A DNA stretch of 64,000 bases. It comes from Chrysomallon squamiferum (taxonomy: Eukaryota > Animalia > Mollusca). A program made the translations under genes and the position numbers. The notes beneath the pieces are model-generated. The model did no database searches and had not been told where the DNA came from. It worked only from the letters and a program-made list of their open reading frames with translations. Shown here one piece after another: positions 26,228 through 39,398 of this stretch. The first letter of the stretch is position 1. The number at the start of each line of letters is the position of its first letter. Where the stretch lies: positions 11,160,001-11,224,000 of the forward strand of contig CM022678.1 of assembly GCA_012295275.1 (NCBI GenBank), in the 5' to 3' direction.

Positions 26228-28659
26228 GTAAATAAATAAAATAAAATAAAAAAGAGAAGAAAGATAGAAAAAAGAAAAGTTTTCATATAAAGAAAGAAAC
26301 CAGAAAAGAAAACTATCAGTATATAATAGAAGCGGTATACATATTTCACATTCTTTAGACCTATTTTAATTATCTATTTTTAATATTTTTATAATCCACA
26401 TCTAGTGGTTACGGTATTTAAAAGACTGTTGATACTTAACATAGATACAGTCCACATCACGCGTTGAACGTGATGTCAGCATCAGTATATATCCAGGCAT
26501 GTGTGGCGTCACAGGCACACAACTGGTATCTGTCTAGCTCTGTTGCCAGGGCTACCAGAATTCCTGAAAATGTTGTTAACGCAGGTCAAGGGTCACCGAT
26601 GATATGCGGGGGTGTTTTGTTGTTTCGCATATTGAGTGGCGCAGTTATATTCTTTTGTGTAATAAGAGAATAAAGTTGGAAAAAAAAAATAATAATAATA
26701 ATTAATAAATAAAATTACAATATAATAAATAAATAAATAAATAAACAAAAGAAGAAGACTGAATTAAAAGAAAAAAAAATTATAAGATTGTTAAAATATT
26801 TTAATTTGCGATAGATCATTTTCTCGTCTCTTCTGGTTACTGTTAGTTGACTGAAATATTTTATAAACACCAATCCACTATGTAAAATAGAATCAAATTG
26901 AAAACCTCGTTATCATATTTATGAAATAAAACAGTTTAACTAGTCTGCTTATTTGTAATTAATTTATTTATTATATACGTGTGCGTGTGTGGCTAATTAA
27001 TTAACATATTTAATGTTACCTATATTGTTAAACTGACTTCTTTTTATATTTTTACACATTGAGAATCGTGGTTTATGTTCCATTCATTCTTTTTTCTGCC
27101 CTCCCTCCCCTCTTCCGAAACGCTAATATCAGTAACAACGTAACAAGAATCGGGTTTCCAGTAAATAGTTTAAAAATACATTTTCGAAAATAGTATGTTA
27201 AGTTGTCTTTCAGTAAGACGAAAATAACTAGACTAAACAGCAACAACACCACTGATTAGTTCAACTTGTCGTGAAATAAAAGAAATTAAAAAAAAAATGT
27301 TTTTTGTGTTTTTGTTTTTGTTCGGGTTTTTTTCTCGCTGATTAGACTGGTTGGGATCAGATCGGTTAAGTCTCTTCTGGTACGAATAAACTAAATGTAA
27401 TAAATATTTTTATAATCTCTAGATTTTATCGTTGTTGTTGTTGTATAAAAGGATTATGTAACGAACATCTGCATGGAGTACAGACTTCTAAAAACGTTTA
27501 AGCTGATAATACCAAAAACAGTTATAGATTTTCTAAGAAATGTACTGTAAGTGAAATTATTAAATGAAAACAAAAATAGCCGACTATAATAATACAAATC
27601 AGACAATGTGATCAATTTTCTTTCCTTAATTTGTACTTTTATGAATATATCAATATAAATCGTTTTTTTTTTTTCTCGTTTTTTATTTTTTATTTATTTT
27701 TTTGTCTTTTCATTTTAATTCTGTTTTAATAAAGTTGTGTGTTACGCACTCTTGGACATTTTTTTTTAACGACATATTCAAGAATCTAAAATGCATTAAA
27801 AAAAAAAAAAAAAAAAAGATCTGGTAGAACTGATCAGCCAACAATAACTGTTGTGGCATCAGCATAGCAAAATATTTGATTATTGCTGGTAATATCTCTT
27901 AAAAAGAGAGAATGGAAAGAACAAAACTGAAAGAAAAAAGAACTACACACAACAGCAAGGCTGAATAAACAATATATTTAGTATATATATATATATATAT
28001 TTCTTCATAAACATCAAAATAGACTTTGACTAAAAACAGAATTTATGTTAAATTAGTTTACAATTATAATGCAGAAACACATAAATGTAGTGTGTATTTA
28101 TTGTTAGTTATTTTGGTGTTGTTCTCATTACTACAACTACAAGAAGTTAACTCCGTCTCCCGACACCACCATTTACTGTGTTCATCTAACATTTACTGCA
28201 ATTTTACATTATGCCTGTGGTTAGATTGGGATAAATTGTTGTTGTTGTTGTTGTTGTTTTTTCAGAAGAACCCACAGGAAAACATTTTTCATAGAAACAA
28301 AAGCACAAAACTTTGTTTTTTTCATTTGATTTCTGTCAATGCCCCAAGTTAGAAATGAATGAAGATTAAAATCAGCTCATTACATTTTTGTTTTTAAATA
28401 TTGTCATTACAATATTTGTTACAGCTCGTTTGAATTTGTAATGAAAATGTCAAAGAAAAAGTTATTGTTGAGGTAATTTCTGACACAGTTATTAATGTCT
28501 TGTTTTAGCAAAGATTCACTGTAACATCTCAAAGATTAAAATGTTAACAACATCATACTGATATTGTTTTAGTCATTCCTGTTATTAATTATCATTTTTC
28601 TCACTGATGTTGTTATAGCTGTTGTTGTTGCTGATGTAGTGGTTACTGACTGTCATCAT

Positions 28660-28870
28660 TATTTGACTTGAATGGATTAATCATTTCTCTCAATGCTCAT
28701 CATTCATCTTGAATAATTCATCATTTCTCTCACCGATCCTCCTTTATCTGGAATGATTCATCATTGTTCATCTTGACTGATTCATCATTTCCCTCACTGA
28801 TCATCATTTATCTTGAATGATTCATCGTCGTTCGTCTTGAATGATTCATCATTTCCCTCACTGATCATCT
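28660..28870. repeat. Degenerate 64-bp tandem repeat straddling the PRMT stop codon
   Basis: CYCTCACYGA anchor at 28727, 28791 and 28855 (period 64), plus a shortened unit at 28687. Confidence 0.8.
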
Positions 28871-30164
28871 CCGAGTCCAGCTGATGACAGGCAACTACAC
28901 CGGCAGCAACGTCGACGAGTTCGGCCTCTGCCTCCAGCTCTCGGTGTTCCGTGTCGTACTTCTCCATCACAGCCTTAATCAGTCGACAGCGAGGCGCACC
29001 GCAGTCGCAGGGCACAGCGTGTTCCTCGGCGTCTTCCTCCTCACTGTAGTCAGCATCGACTTCGTCCGAACCTTCAACCTCGATTGAAATATTGTAGTGT
29101 CTTTTGTTGCCTTCATCCTGGGAGAGTTCCACCTGAATTGTTATGTTATCTCCCTTGTCTGCACACAGAGTCTGAGGGAGAAGGAACGCTGTTTGTTTCC
29201 AGTGGGTGGCAGGTGATGACGGCGACGTGCTCAGGACAACAGGGGAAGCTACTCCATTTGCAGAAGCAGAATCGGTTAGAGTTATCCCTTCTTGGCTTGA
29301 GAACGGCTGAAACAGAACATCGAACCAGCAGGCAAAACCCTGAAGCTCTGAAGATTTGTTCAGGGTGAAGGTCAGGTTACTAGACATTTTCTGTACATCT
29401 TTCAGCAACACCGATTTTAAATCGATACAACAGATTTCCTGACTGTCTGACAGCACTTCATCGCAGTTCACTTCAGTAATCACAGGCTGCCGTCTTGCAG
29501 TTGCCATGGCTACTGACACAACGGGAGAGAAGTCAAACCCGTAAACGTTCTGCCAGTAGTCGACATGTTCACTGCAGTATTTCTCCAAACTCGCTGGAAC
29601 AATTTTCAAACTGGCATGAGAGGGGACCATCATTCCGTCAGACTTGAGGTATTGGTCTCGTGCAAAAATCACAGAATCCAGCATGGATTCATGAAACAGG
29701 TAGAACCCCATCCACTCGGAAACTATCACATCAACTTCAGTCCCGCGAGGCAAAACATCGTCTTCAATTCGACCTTGAATGACTTCAATTTTCGACTCCA
29801 GCCCATTCGCCACTACAATCTGTCGACACAGATTCGCCACATCGCTTGCCTCAACGGCATAAACTTTGCCCGCTCCGACTGATGCGGCAAAAAGTGAGAG
29901 GATTCCCGTACCAGCTCCAATGTCGAGGACAATTTTGCCACGTAACTTCTCCGAGTTTTCCTTAAAGAATTTTCTGTAGGCTAAAGTACGGGGTCTGTCT
30001 TTTAGCATCAACTCGTGAACAGAGATGTCATTGTAGCTTTTAAAATATTCGTCGTTTTTATTTGTTTTGTCAACCATTGTTTCTTTGTCGTCTGCTTTTT
30101 TGGGGTCAATGTCCTCGTGACCATTTTGTAATTCCTCTGTGGTGATTTTATTTGCAGACGTCAT
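28794..30164 (-). CDS. Protein arginine N-methyltransferase (type I-like; PRMT6/Art8-like), intronless CDS, 456 aa
   Basis: YFxSY helix, motif I VLDIGAGTGILS, post-I VYAVEAS, double-E loop SEWMGFYLFHESML and THW loop THWKQT. Likely 5'UTR acceptor at about 30201. Confidence 0.95.
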   Translation of the reverse strand: MTSANKITTEELQNGHEDIDPKKADDKETMVDKTNKNDEYFKSYNDISVHELMLKDRPRTLAYRKFFKENSEKLRGKIVLDIGAGTGILSLFAASVGAGKVYAVEASDVANLCRQIVVANGLESKIEVIQGRIEDDVLPRGTEVDVIVSEWMGFYLFHESMLDSVIFARDQYLKSDGMMVPSHASLKIVPASLEKYCSEHVDYWQNVYGFDFSPVVSVAMATARRQPVITEVNCDEVLSDSQEICCIDLKSVLLKDVQKMSSNLTFTLNKSSELQGFACWFDVLFQPFSSQEGITLTDSASANGVASPVVLSTSPSSPATHWKQTAFLLPQTLCADKGDNITIQVELSQDEGNKRHYNISIEVEGSDEVDADYSEEEDAEEHAVPCDCGAPRCRLIKAVMEKYDTEHRELEAEAELVDVAAGVVACHQLDSEMISEGNDESFKTNDDESFKINDDQ

Positions 30165-31920
30165 TTTTCAAGTACTGCTTCATTTCTTTGATAACAAAAT
30201 CTGTAACAATCAAAGTAATAAAAACGTTAAATTATATAAAATGTGGAATATTTCTGAAATTATGTAACTTATTTCTTTTGACCGTTTGACTTGATTAAAA
30301 TAAAAATTAAAGTAAAATAAAATAAAATTACTTTGTAATGTTTGTATAAATCATAAAAATCTTTGGAAAATATCTTTGCAATTCGATGAAGTACCTTTTT
30401 AAATTTTTACGCTCAAATTCTAATACTATCAGTCTAAAATTCATAACAATCATTTTATTCTTGACGGTAAAAAAAAAATAATAATAAAATAAAAAAAATT
30501 AAAAGTCCAAGTAATTTGAATAACATTGGTAACTTAGAGATCACTGAAAATTAATAAAACGAATAAAATATGAACCAAACTGATATGGAATTATATACCA
30601 TCTGAGTTTTAAACATCAATATTGACGAAATTTACACACGTGTTTACAACTTTTCATTTTATCCGCGAATGTAATTCAAGGGAAATAACTCTAAAAGAAA
30701 ATACAAAACCATGCCAAAAGTCCAATTACGTGGCGTTCAAAACATGAAAGTCATTGGCTTCTGAATTTCGGAAATTTAATTTGATTACTTCATACTTGTT
30801 ATTCTTATTTTAAATTATTTTTCTATTGACTGCCTCAAATTAATCTACTAATATACTTTATTACAAAAATGAATTATACATTATTAAGTTTGAATAAGGA
30901 AAACAAAACAGCATAACTAAATCAATCAATTGAATAAGTTTTTTTTTCTTCTTTTTTTTTCTAATTTTTTTAATTATTTTTTTTTTTACTTGTTAGAAGC
31001 TTTCTACTGGGGTGCTATTTTTTAGGTGATGTACAAATCACCTAAAATTAGATAAATGTTTTTCAATTTCATGTTAGCATATGCCTCACTATTTAATTTA
31101 CGAAGTAGGTTACATAAAATATTCATTAAAAATAGCTTACTGTATTCATTTCTAGAAAGACCATGAGTAAATCAATTACAGACCTGCAAAATGGTTTTTA
31201 TATGAAACAACAAAATGGACAAAAGATATACATTTAGTAATTAGTTAATGCTTAATAACACTGAACCAAATGATGTTAAAATTTCCAGTACCTAAGAAAA
31301 ACAATTATTACTAGTATTATTATTTTGTTACATATGTACACCACTTATGAATGCAGCTACCAAAGACAGCTCATACAGACACACACACACACAAAAGAGA
31401 CAGAAAAACTATGGAACTATGAAAAATGAAGACAACACAAAACCAGATATAAAATATATTTTAATAAGAATTAAATACAATAAGAAGCACCTGTGATACA
31501 GTAGTAATGTTATGTATCTATGTCACTGAAAAATTTAAGTATTTTATTTTGATTAAAAATACCTACTGAAAAAATAAATAATAATTAAAAATTAAAAACC
31601 TGTATAAAACAAAAAATTAGCAAATTTCTATTACCTAAAACAGAATACAGAATTTCCAGTATGAATGAAAAACCAAAATATTAAGATAGTGTAAAAGTGA
31701 CAAATAATTTAAAGAATTTAAAATTTTTAAATGATCGACATAAACTGTAAGTACATACATGACTGACAACTTATTTCAACTGTATAAACAGACTTTACAA
31801 ACTTATCAAAGATTATTTTTAAATTTTTGATTTCCTTTAGACATTTTTGAGCACATGGTAACCAAGCTGCAGTCAAAGATCTGTTTTTAAAAATTATTTT
31901 TTTAAAAATATATATTTTCT

Positions 31921-32889
31921 TTATTTATCTTTCTCATCATGAGCCAGAATCCAGTCGATTCCGTTACCTTTGTTTTTAATCCATGGACACGGAATAATGA
32001 AATTCAGGAACCAGAACTGTCCAAAAACAGATTTGAGATTTTCACTGACTGGTTGTTTGTAGAGCTTGACGCCCTTGACAAACTCGTATGAACTCTGACC
32101 TGTTCTAACCAGCAGACACTGCCAGACGAAGAAATAGAGACACGAAACGAAAGTCACGCAGCTGAGGTAACAGTGGAAAATTAACCCAACTGTCCCAGCG
32201 CCGATGGCTCCCGTCAACCACCGCAACATCACCCACGGCAAAAGATAGACGTAAAATTCGTAACCGAAGACGTGTGCATAGTGCTGCTGCAGAAACGATG
32301 CTGTCGCGTAGACGCTGTAGGCCGTGGCCAAGCAGCTGTAGAAGCAGAACACGACGAAGAATCGCTGGTTGTGGAAGCCGATGCAGCAACCCGAGAAGAA
32401 GCAGTGGTGGTCTCGTTTGAGGACGCAGTGGTTGCAGATGGGACAGTGCTTGGCGCGAGGGGGCGTGTGCAGTCGACACGTGTCGCAGTACATCCACTGG
32501 TGAAGGCGCGGGTCAAACAACGGCAATGATGCAGTTGACGGACCAACAACTGAGTCTCGCGACTTGATCAGCATGAGAAGATAATTAACAACAGCAACAA
32601 CGGTGAGATACACCAGCAGACACTGCCTGCTCCACAAAACATCATCATCAGCACCGCTGTAGACGTCAGGCAGAGTTACTTTCACTGCAATCGCCACAGA
32701 AACCAGTAGGTAAAGAACAAAGAAAGAAATTGCACCAACATTCAGCAACTGCAGCTTCCATCTGAGGGTGGGTCTAAGGTTTCTGGGTTGTAACTCGAAG
32801 TTGTGGGTGTGGTAACCATTTGGCTGGGCCAGGGCATCCACAGGTACACCAGAAATAGTCTGTCTTGATAACAGCAGATTCTCTTCCAT
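31921..32889 (-). CDS. DHHC palmitoyltransferase (ZDHHC22/24-like), intronless CDS, 322 aa
   Basis: Cys-rich domain CDTC...[36 protein letters not shown] flanked by hydrophobic TM segments; QSSYE in the TTxE position. Confidence 0.95.
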   Translation of the reverse strand: MEENLLLSRQTISGVPVDALAQPNGYHTHNFELQPRNLRPTLRWKLQLLNVGAISFFVLYLLVSVAIAVKVTLPDVYSGADDDVLWSRQCLLVYLTVVAVVNYLLMLIKSRDSVVGPSTASLPLFDPRLHQWMYCDTCRLHTPPRAKHCPICNHCVLKRDHHCFFSGCCIGFHNQRFFVVFCFYSCLATAYSVYATASFLQQHYAHVFGYEFYVYLLPWVMLRWLTGAIGAGTVGLIFHCYLSCVTFVSCLYFFVWQCLLVRTGQSSYEFVKGVKLYKQPVSENLKSVFGQFWFLNFIIPCPWIKNKGNGIDWILAHDEKDK

Positions 32890-33086
32890 GGCTTTCTCTC
32901 AGTCTACAACTTTGAGTTTTAGCTCATCACTTCATCTTGGCTGCAAACTGAAAATAGTATAAACAAAGGTTACTTCAAAAGTCACTGATTTTATTTTTTA
33001 TTTTTATTTACTTTCAGTTTGCTGGTTAATCTACCTTCTTCTTTTTCTTTTTCTTTTTTTCTTTTTGTGCAGAGGTTAGAAACAAT

Positions 33087-33123
<37 letters not shown>

Positions 33124-33163
33124 TCATAATTATTCAGATTTGAGTTTAATAAACGTCTAATAC

Positions 33164-33207
<44 letters not shown>

Positions 33208-33525
33208 ATATTAAAGAAAAAATCTTTCATATAAAAATTATCTAACAAGAATTTTAAATAATATGTGGGTTAGACAAGAAAAACACTAAAATTATTAATA
33301 TACAAATAAAATTAAAATAAATGTGCAAATATAACTAAATTAGCTTTCATGCCAACTTTTTAATTTTTATGAAGTTAAAATATATCACAAAAATTAGACT
33401 GATTAATTAAAATGACATAATTATGAAAGTTATAAAATAAAAATGAATATAAAATTAATTATTTATTTTGATTTTGTTATTCAGTGTAAGGTGATTCATT
33501 TCAGTGTATGGTAGGCATGTATAAA

Positions 33526-33564
<39 letters not shown>

Positions 33565-35414
33565 TGCATAAACAGACAAATGTTAGATGTTCTTTATGTT
33601 CTTTGTTTATTTCATGAAGTTGAACGTGAAGATTCATTGGTATGGCATTTTATTCAAATCAGTTGACATTGAGAAAAAATATTTTATCTAAACGTTTCAT
33701 AATGTGAGTTATAAATAATAATAACAATAAAAAATGTTTCTACAAAAATTAAAATACTGGTTAAAAAGAAAAATATATAATTATACGTACATTGTACGAA
33801 ACCTTTATCGTTCCTCCAGTTACCACCTTTCGCAATAACGCAATATTTTTCGTTTGATGTAGATATATCAATCGCGGTTTGATTTTTCTTATAAAACAGA
33901 CTATCGTGTACAAATAACCCTACATTTTACACTATTCCTTAAAAGATGTATTATCTCTGTTACCTAAATAATCAATAATGTTATTAAAACAGGTGCAACA
34001 ATATCAACACATTAGATTGATGAACCTTATTAAGGCCTCAAAATACAAGAAAAATTAATTTACGATTTGCTAAACAACATGCTCTATATTTCATTATAAT
34101 ATTTATTATTTTAATTAATTAATTAATTAATTTATTTATTTATTTATTTATTTATATCCATAAAAACGAAAATACATTTTGCAGACCGATCATCATAAAA
34201 GACATTTTTATTGATCATCTGACCAGAAAAAAAAACAACAACAACGAACCCCCAAAAAAAACCCCACCCTTAGACTCTGCAACTAAATATATCGAAACAT
34301 TTGTTTTCGTTGTAATACAATACTTAGATGCTGCTGTATTAGTTAAATTCGTGTAAATAGTTCTCTGATGTTGGGAAACTTTTATCTATAAACATGGCAT
34401 TGTTTTCAGGACAGAAAATGTTATAGAGATAATAGTACAAAAATAGCATTTATTTATCTATTTAAAAGAAACAAGAGGAAGTAATTCTTACTTATAATTC
34501 AAAATACACGATAATACCAAAAGTTTACACATGATTTTATACAACATAATTTTCTTCGTAAGACAAGGCGGGGGGGGGAGGAGTATCATTTTTTATTTTT
34601 TTTTTTTATCTTATTATTTTTTTGTTTTTTTAAAGCAGCTAATATTTATTATTATTATTATTTAATTAACTATTTCATAGTTGAATATTGTCAATGTATT
34701 ATGACAAAGGTATGCCTTTCGTTAAATAAAAATCACTGTTAGAAAATTAAACACTGTAAGTTCGAGAGAACAACTAGGTTAAAGTGAAAGAAAGTATCAG
34801 AAAATGTGTGTGTCGGTACAGGCATTTATTTTCTCACTTGATTAATCTGGAAAGTAATGGCAGCTTCTTTCATACAAAATTGTTATTAAGACAGATACAG
34901 ACAGCCATTTTTAACTTAGTTCTATTATATTTCTTTCTACTAATTCAAGACAAACCAAGAAATTCCATGTCTTATTGTGTCTAAGATAGACAATCCAAAT
35001 GATTTAAGGCCATTTATAATCCATAAAAGCAGATATTTAAATGGCTTAGTTATAATCTCCATGTGCAAACAGAAGTGATAAAAGCTGATCTGTGGCCAAA
35101 TTTTCAAACTGTAGAAGTAACAAAATGGTGGCTTTCTTTTCTGTTTTAGTTTTGAAATAAAGCTATTTTTTTTTGTAGGATAATTAAAAGATGTCACAGA
35201 GTGAAAAATATTAGTTTTTATTACATGCAATAACAGGAAAACAAACTGAAGCATGCATTTCAAATAATAAATCAGTGCAACACAGATTCAGAAACACAAC
35301 AGTGATACACATTATTTATTAATTCTAAATTACTTCCATTGTATCATACGTTTTCACATATTTTAATGTCACCACAAAACAAATCATGAAAATGGAACCA
35401 GTTTTTCTTTTTAC

Positions 35415-35612
35415 ATCTTCCATGGTATAAATTGTTGACACAATAATGACAGCTTTCAAATACTTTACTGTTTTAAGATACAAATTGTCACCATGGTGAT
35501 GTTAAATATTTTACTGTTTTAATATGTGAGCTGTTGCCATGGTGATGTTCAGTACAAGCTGTTAAATATTTCACTGTCTTAATATATAAGCCGTTGCCAT
35601 GGTGACGTTGAG
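35415..35612. repeat. Degenerate tandem repeat (CCATGGTGAYGTT core) in the MRPS14 3' region
   Basis: CCATGGT(GA) recurs about 4 times, followed by related TTAAATATTTYACTGT segments. Confidence 0.65.
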
Positions 35613-35663
35613 TCAGTAAAAGTCTCTTATTATCTACAAAACAAAAAGTGTTTTTCCCAGAGG

Positions 35664-38600
35664 TCACCAGCTTGACCTTGTTATTCCTGACATCTGGTTG
35701 TAGTCGACTAACTGTCGCCAGACAATGCGACTGAGTCGCCAGCTTCGCTTCACACTGCGAGGCCGTGACGTGACAACGCATCTTGCTCTCAGTCGAGTTA
35801 TACAGCTGTCTCGCGGAAACTCCGCTATCTCCTTGTCAGCAATTTCCTGTAACAATAACAACAACAACAACATTAACAACATTATCATTAACAACGCTAA
35901 CATTAATAACATTAATAATGATAGTAATGATGAAAATGTTTATAGTTCTTATAATTCTTCTTCTTCTTTTTTGTTTTTTTGCTTGTTGACTACTTGTCAA
36001 GGCTAGCAGTGACTATGAACTAACTGTTCTCCGTAGATCACTTCTTCTGGAGAGTTGTTGTAGTTGTCTAGGAAGTCTCCTGCAGCTGCTGTAGGGTTCA
36101 TGCAGTTTTCGATGACTTGGGTGAAAGGCTGTGATTTGTTTGGGGGGTCCCCTAGATTTAATATGCGCTGATTTCATCTCTTGGTACGTCATGCAGTTAT
36201 CCTCCTGTTCATTATCTGCACCTACTTTTGCCAGTCTGCCAGTATTCCTTTGTTTGTCTGCCATATTCTTTTGTAAAAAGGTCAGACAATTTCATATCTG
36301 TGAGTTTATTTCCATTCTCCATAAGAGAGATCTTCTGTCCATGGGATTCTTTCTCTTTTAGTTGTTTTGTAACTTTCCATATTTTGGTGCTGTCTTTTTC
36401 AAGACTGAGTGAAGCAGCTTTGTCTTCTAGCTTTTTATGGGATTCAATCAGGTATATATCTTTAGATTGGTGGAGGTTTGGGCTCTTTTTGGGGGTTCAG
36501 GTTAGACTCTTATTGGGGTCAGTTCATCATGTGGCATTTGAATTTTTTTCATTCCAGTAAACGGAATACACTTTTCTGACTCCTCTTGGGATATTTTCTT
36601 TGATGGTTTTGTTGATTTTGAGTTGGTATTCTTTAACTACTGTATCTCTGTCCCTTACGTTGACTTCAGTATCTTCTGTCAACTGACACATGCAATACTT
36701 GAACTTTTCCCATTTGGCTTTTCTTAAGGATATCATTTAAGATTAGGAGGACCAATCAATGGTCACTCCCCCCCTAACTGTGGTCCCACTTCTCGACTGG
36801 TTTTTCTATTTACACTGACGGGGCAGAAGACTGGTGACGTCTCCAACAAGGAGGAAGTTTCTTGTCTGATATTGGAATATCATCAAGGCAGAGTTACTTG
36901 TCACTTGGGCAGTAAGAATTTACAATGAAATGTCTTTGTTTTGATTCTGACCTCAGTGAATTCTATTAGTTTCAATGTCACTCGGGTTGTTCCTAACCAG
37001 AGTCACCGTTCCAGTCTTGTTTGTTCCACTGTGATCACTTCTGAATGTCTGGTAGCCTCTAACCTTGAAGCTCACTGATTCTGTCAGATGGGATTCTCAG
37101 ATGCAACAGACGTTGATCTGGTTTTCAAGCTTACAGAGCTGAAGCTCTGTCTTCCTGTTTAACACTCCCTCTGCACTCCAGTGTGTGTTGTGTTCATAGG
37201 CAAGGATGTTTTTGTTTTTGTCTGACCAGTAGCTCTTTGTCCATGTTCCCAGGCTCTTCACGATGGTCAGGAAGAGCTTCCAGCAGCTCAAAATGGGTTT
37301 CCCTTGAGGTGAAGAGTTTGCTGCTGCACATGCTTGTTGAGGAGTCATCACAGAGTAAGAACTGATCATATCATCGCTGTCTAGAAATGCAGTCACAACA
37401 GCTGTTGGTGTTCTGTTAGACTGTGCCTTGCAGACCCATATGTCTGACTTCAGCAGTTTCTGTTTGGGTTACCTCATCCTTAGTCCATGTCTGCCTGGTC
37501 TCCTCTGACCACTGACCAGTCCAGCTTGGGCATCCCTACCAGAAGCCAAAGATCTCACTCACACAGTTCTTACAGTGATTGAGATATATAAAAAAAACAC
37601 ATCAACCACACCAAGGAACAGACTATGAAGGGGGACGATAAAAATATAAACAATAACAATAACTGCAATAAAAACAAAAATAACATTAAGAGTAACCATA
37701 ACTGGAAATAACTCTTAGAATGACCAAAAAAAAATAATTCTACACAATTTTTAATGGAAAAATGTACTTTATATGTGAAAGTGAAGACATTCAGCTGTCA
37801 ATCAACTGAGATTTAAAATCAAACATTAGTAGTGACATTTGATATGCATTTTTGTCTGATGAAAATTTACCTGTATTTCTTTGGGCAGAATCGTGTTTTT
37901 TCTCAGAGAATTCACTCTCTGTCTTTCTGCATTATACTGTTTAACTAATTTACGTCTTTTTTCATCTCGTATCATTTTCCAGTCCACATATTTGGCTCGT
38001 ACTTGCATTTCCTGTATGTTTGGTTGTCTCCCCTGAATCTGTTGCATTAGACTTGGGATACCCAGGTTAGATTGGAAAAAACTCCATCTTGAGTAGGACA
38101 GCTAGAATTTAACAAGAAACAGTATGAAAAATACTGGATGAATGAAAAAATAAAATAAATAGATGAATTAATAATTAACAAATAAACATACTTTGAACAA
38201 TATTTCAGTATATTTTAATATTAATGAGTTGAGTTGTAAATTTCTAAATCATTTTTATACTGAAATTTGTAACTTATGTTTAAAAAGTTTTATATATGTG
38301 TTAAAAACTAGTGATTTAAAATGTTTATTACTGTTAAGATCATTCAATAGATTATTTATTATTGTCAGTAAGATTTATTAATTATCACAGAAAATATAAT
38401 AATAATAAGAGTAAGAATAATAATTAGAACATGAATATGAATACAAATAACAATAACAACGACATCTAAATGATTAAACCTGGCAACTAGTGACAGAAAC
38501 ATTCAAATAATACGAGAAACTGTATTAAACTGACTGACATAATTTTAGTGAACAGATACATTGTGTGTGTGTGTGTGTGTGTGTGTTTGTGCATTTGTCT

Positions 38601-39037
38601 GACAGAAAGGCACACACCAAGATTTTTCATAAAATCTGTGACAGAGAAATAGTTAGAACAAGATAACACTCATTAAAGAGTCTGCATTTCAGAAAATAAA
38701 TCGAACAATTGTAAACAATACTAATTTTATCAATAACTTGCAGGAAAATATTGTCTGTTTTATTTTTTATTTTTTAAATATTATTTTCAGATTATCAAAA
38801 CACTAAATATTATAATCGTATACAATATAATCACACCAAAATGCGATTTTGTTTTAAATAAACTATAATCTCGTTTCAATGTCAAATGTGAAAAATTAAC
38901 TCAGAACCGAGACCCTCAGCACATTCCTAGTCACCTTCACGCTAATAAATAAGCACTTGCTGCTATCTTAATTCAAAATATGTACATATATATTTCACCT
39001 GGGCAGTTTTTAATACATTTTTCCATATGGAAGTCAT
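35664..39037 (-). CDS. MRPS14: Mitochondrial ribosomal protein S14 (uS14m), 3 coding exons, 150 aa
   Basis: Exons 39037-38999 ([13 protein letters not shown]|gtgaaa), 38101-37871 (...[18 protein letters not shown]...[14 protein letters not shown]|gtaaat) and 35846-35664 ([30 protein letters not shown]...[10 protein letters not shown]...SGITRSSW*); both introns phase 0. Exon 1 is less certain than exons 2 and 3. Confidence 0.93.
36010..37640 (-). mobile_element. Decayed non-LTR retrotransposon fragment (5'UTR + APE endonuclease + linker; I-group/Ingi-like), no RT visible
   Basis: Minus-strand translation [15 protein letters not shown]...[13 protein letters not shown]...[12 protein letters not shown]...TLVRN and NFLLVGDV match APE motifs (WN..G, IQETHL, GDFN). 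Downstream RKAKWEKF...IPRG.RK.Y..YW and KSRGPP match typical LINE linker motifs. Multiple stops and frameshifts. Confidence 0.82.
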
Positions 39038-39367
39038 CGTAAATAAGGATTAAAAAAATGACGCTAGATCAACAAGAATTAAAACGTGCCATCAATAGAC
39101 CGTTTTTTGTAAAGATGAGTAAACAGCGGAAGAAACCAGTCCATTTGTCTCGGTACTAAAACATTGTTTTTAATCGCTCAAAATATTAATATCACTACGA
39201 AATACAAATTCTCAACATGTGACGTTGTTTGCTGGTAATGCTCTCTCTTTCTCTCTCTCTACCCATTGTGCACTATGTGACGATTCGTAATTATTGTTAG
39301 CATTTTCGTAATCCTTAACATTTACGATTTACCGTTACATTTTATCAGAATTCATTATTTGCTTCCT

Positions 39368-39398
<31 letters not shown>

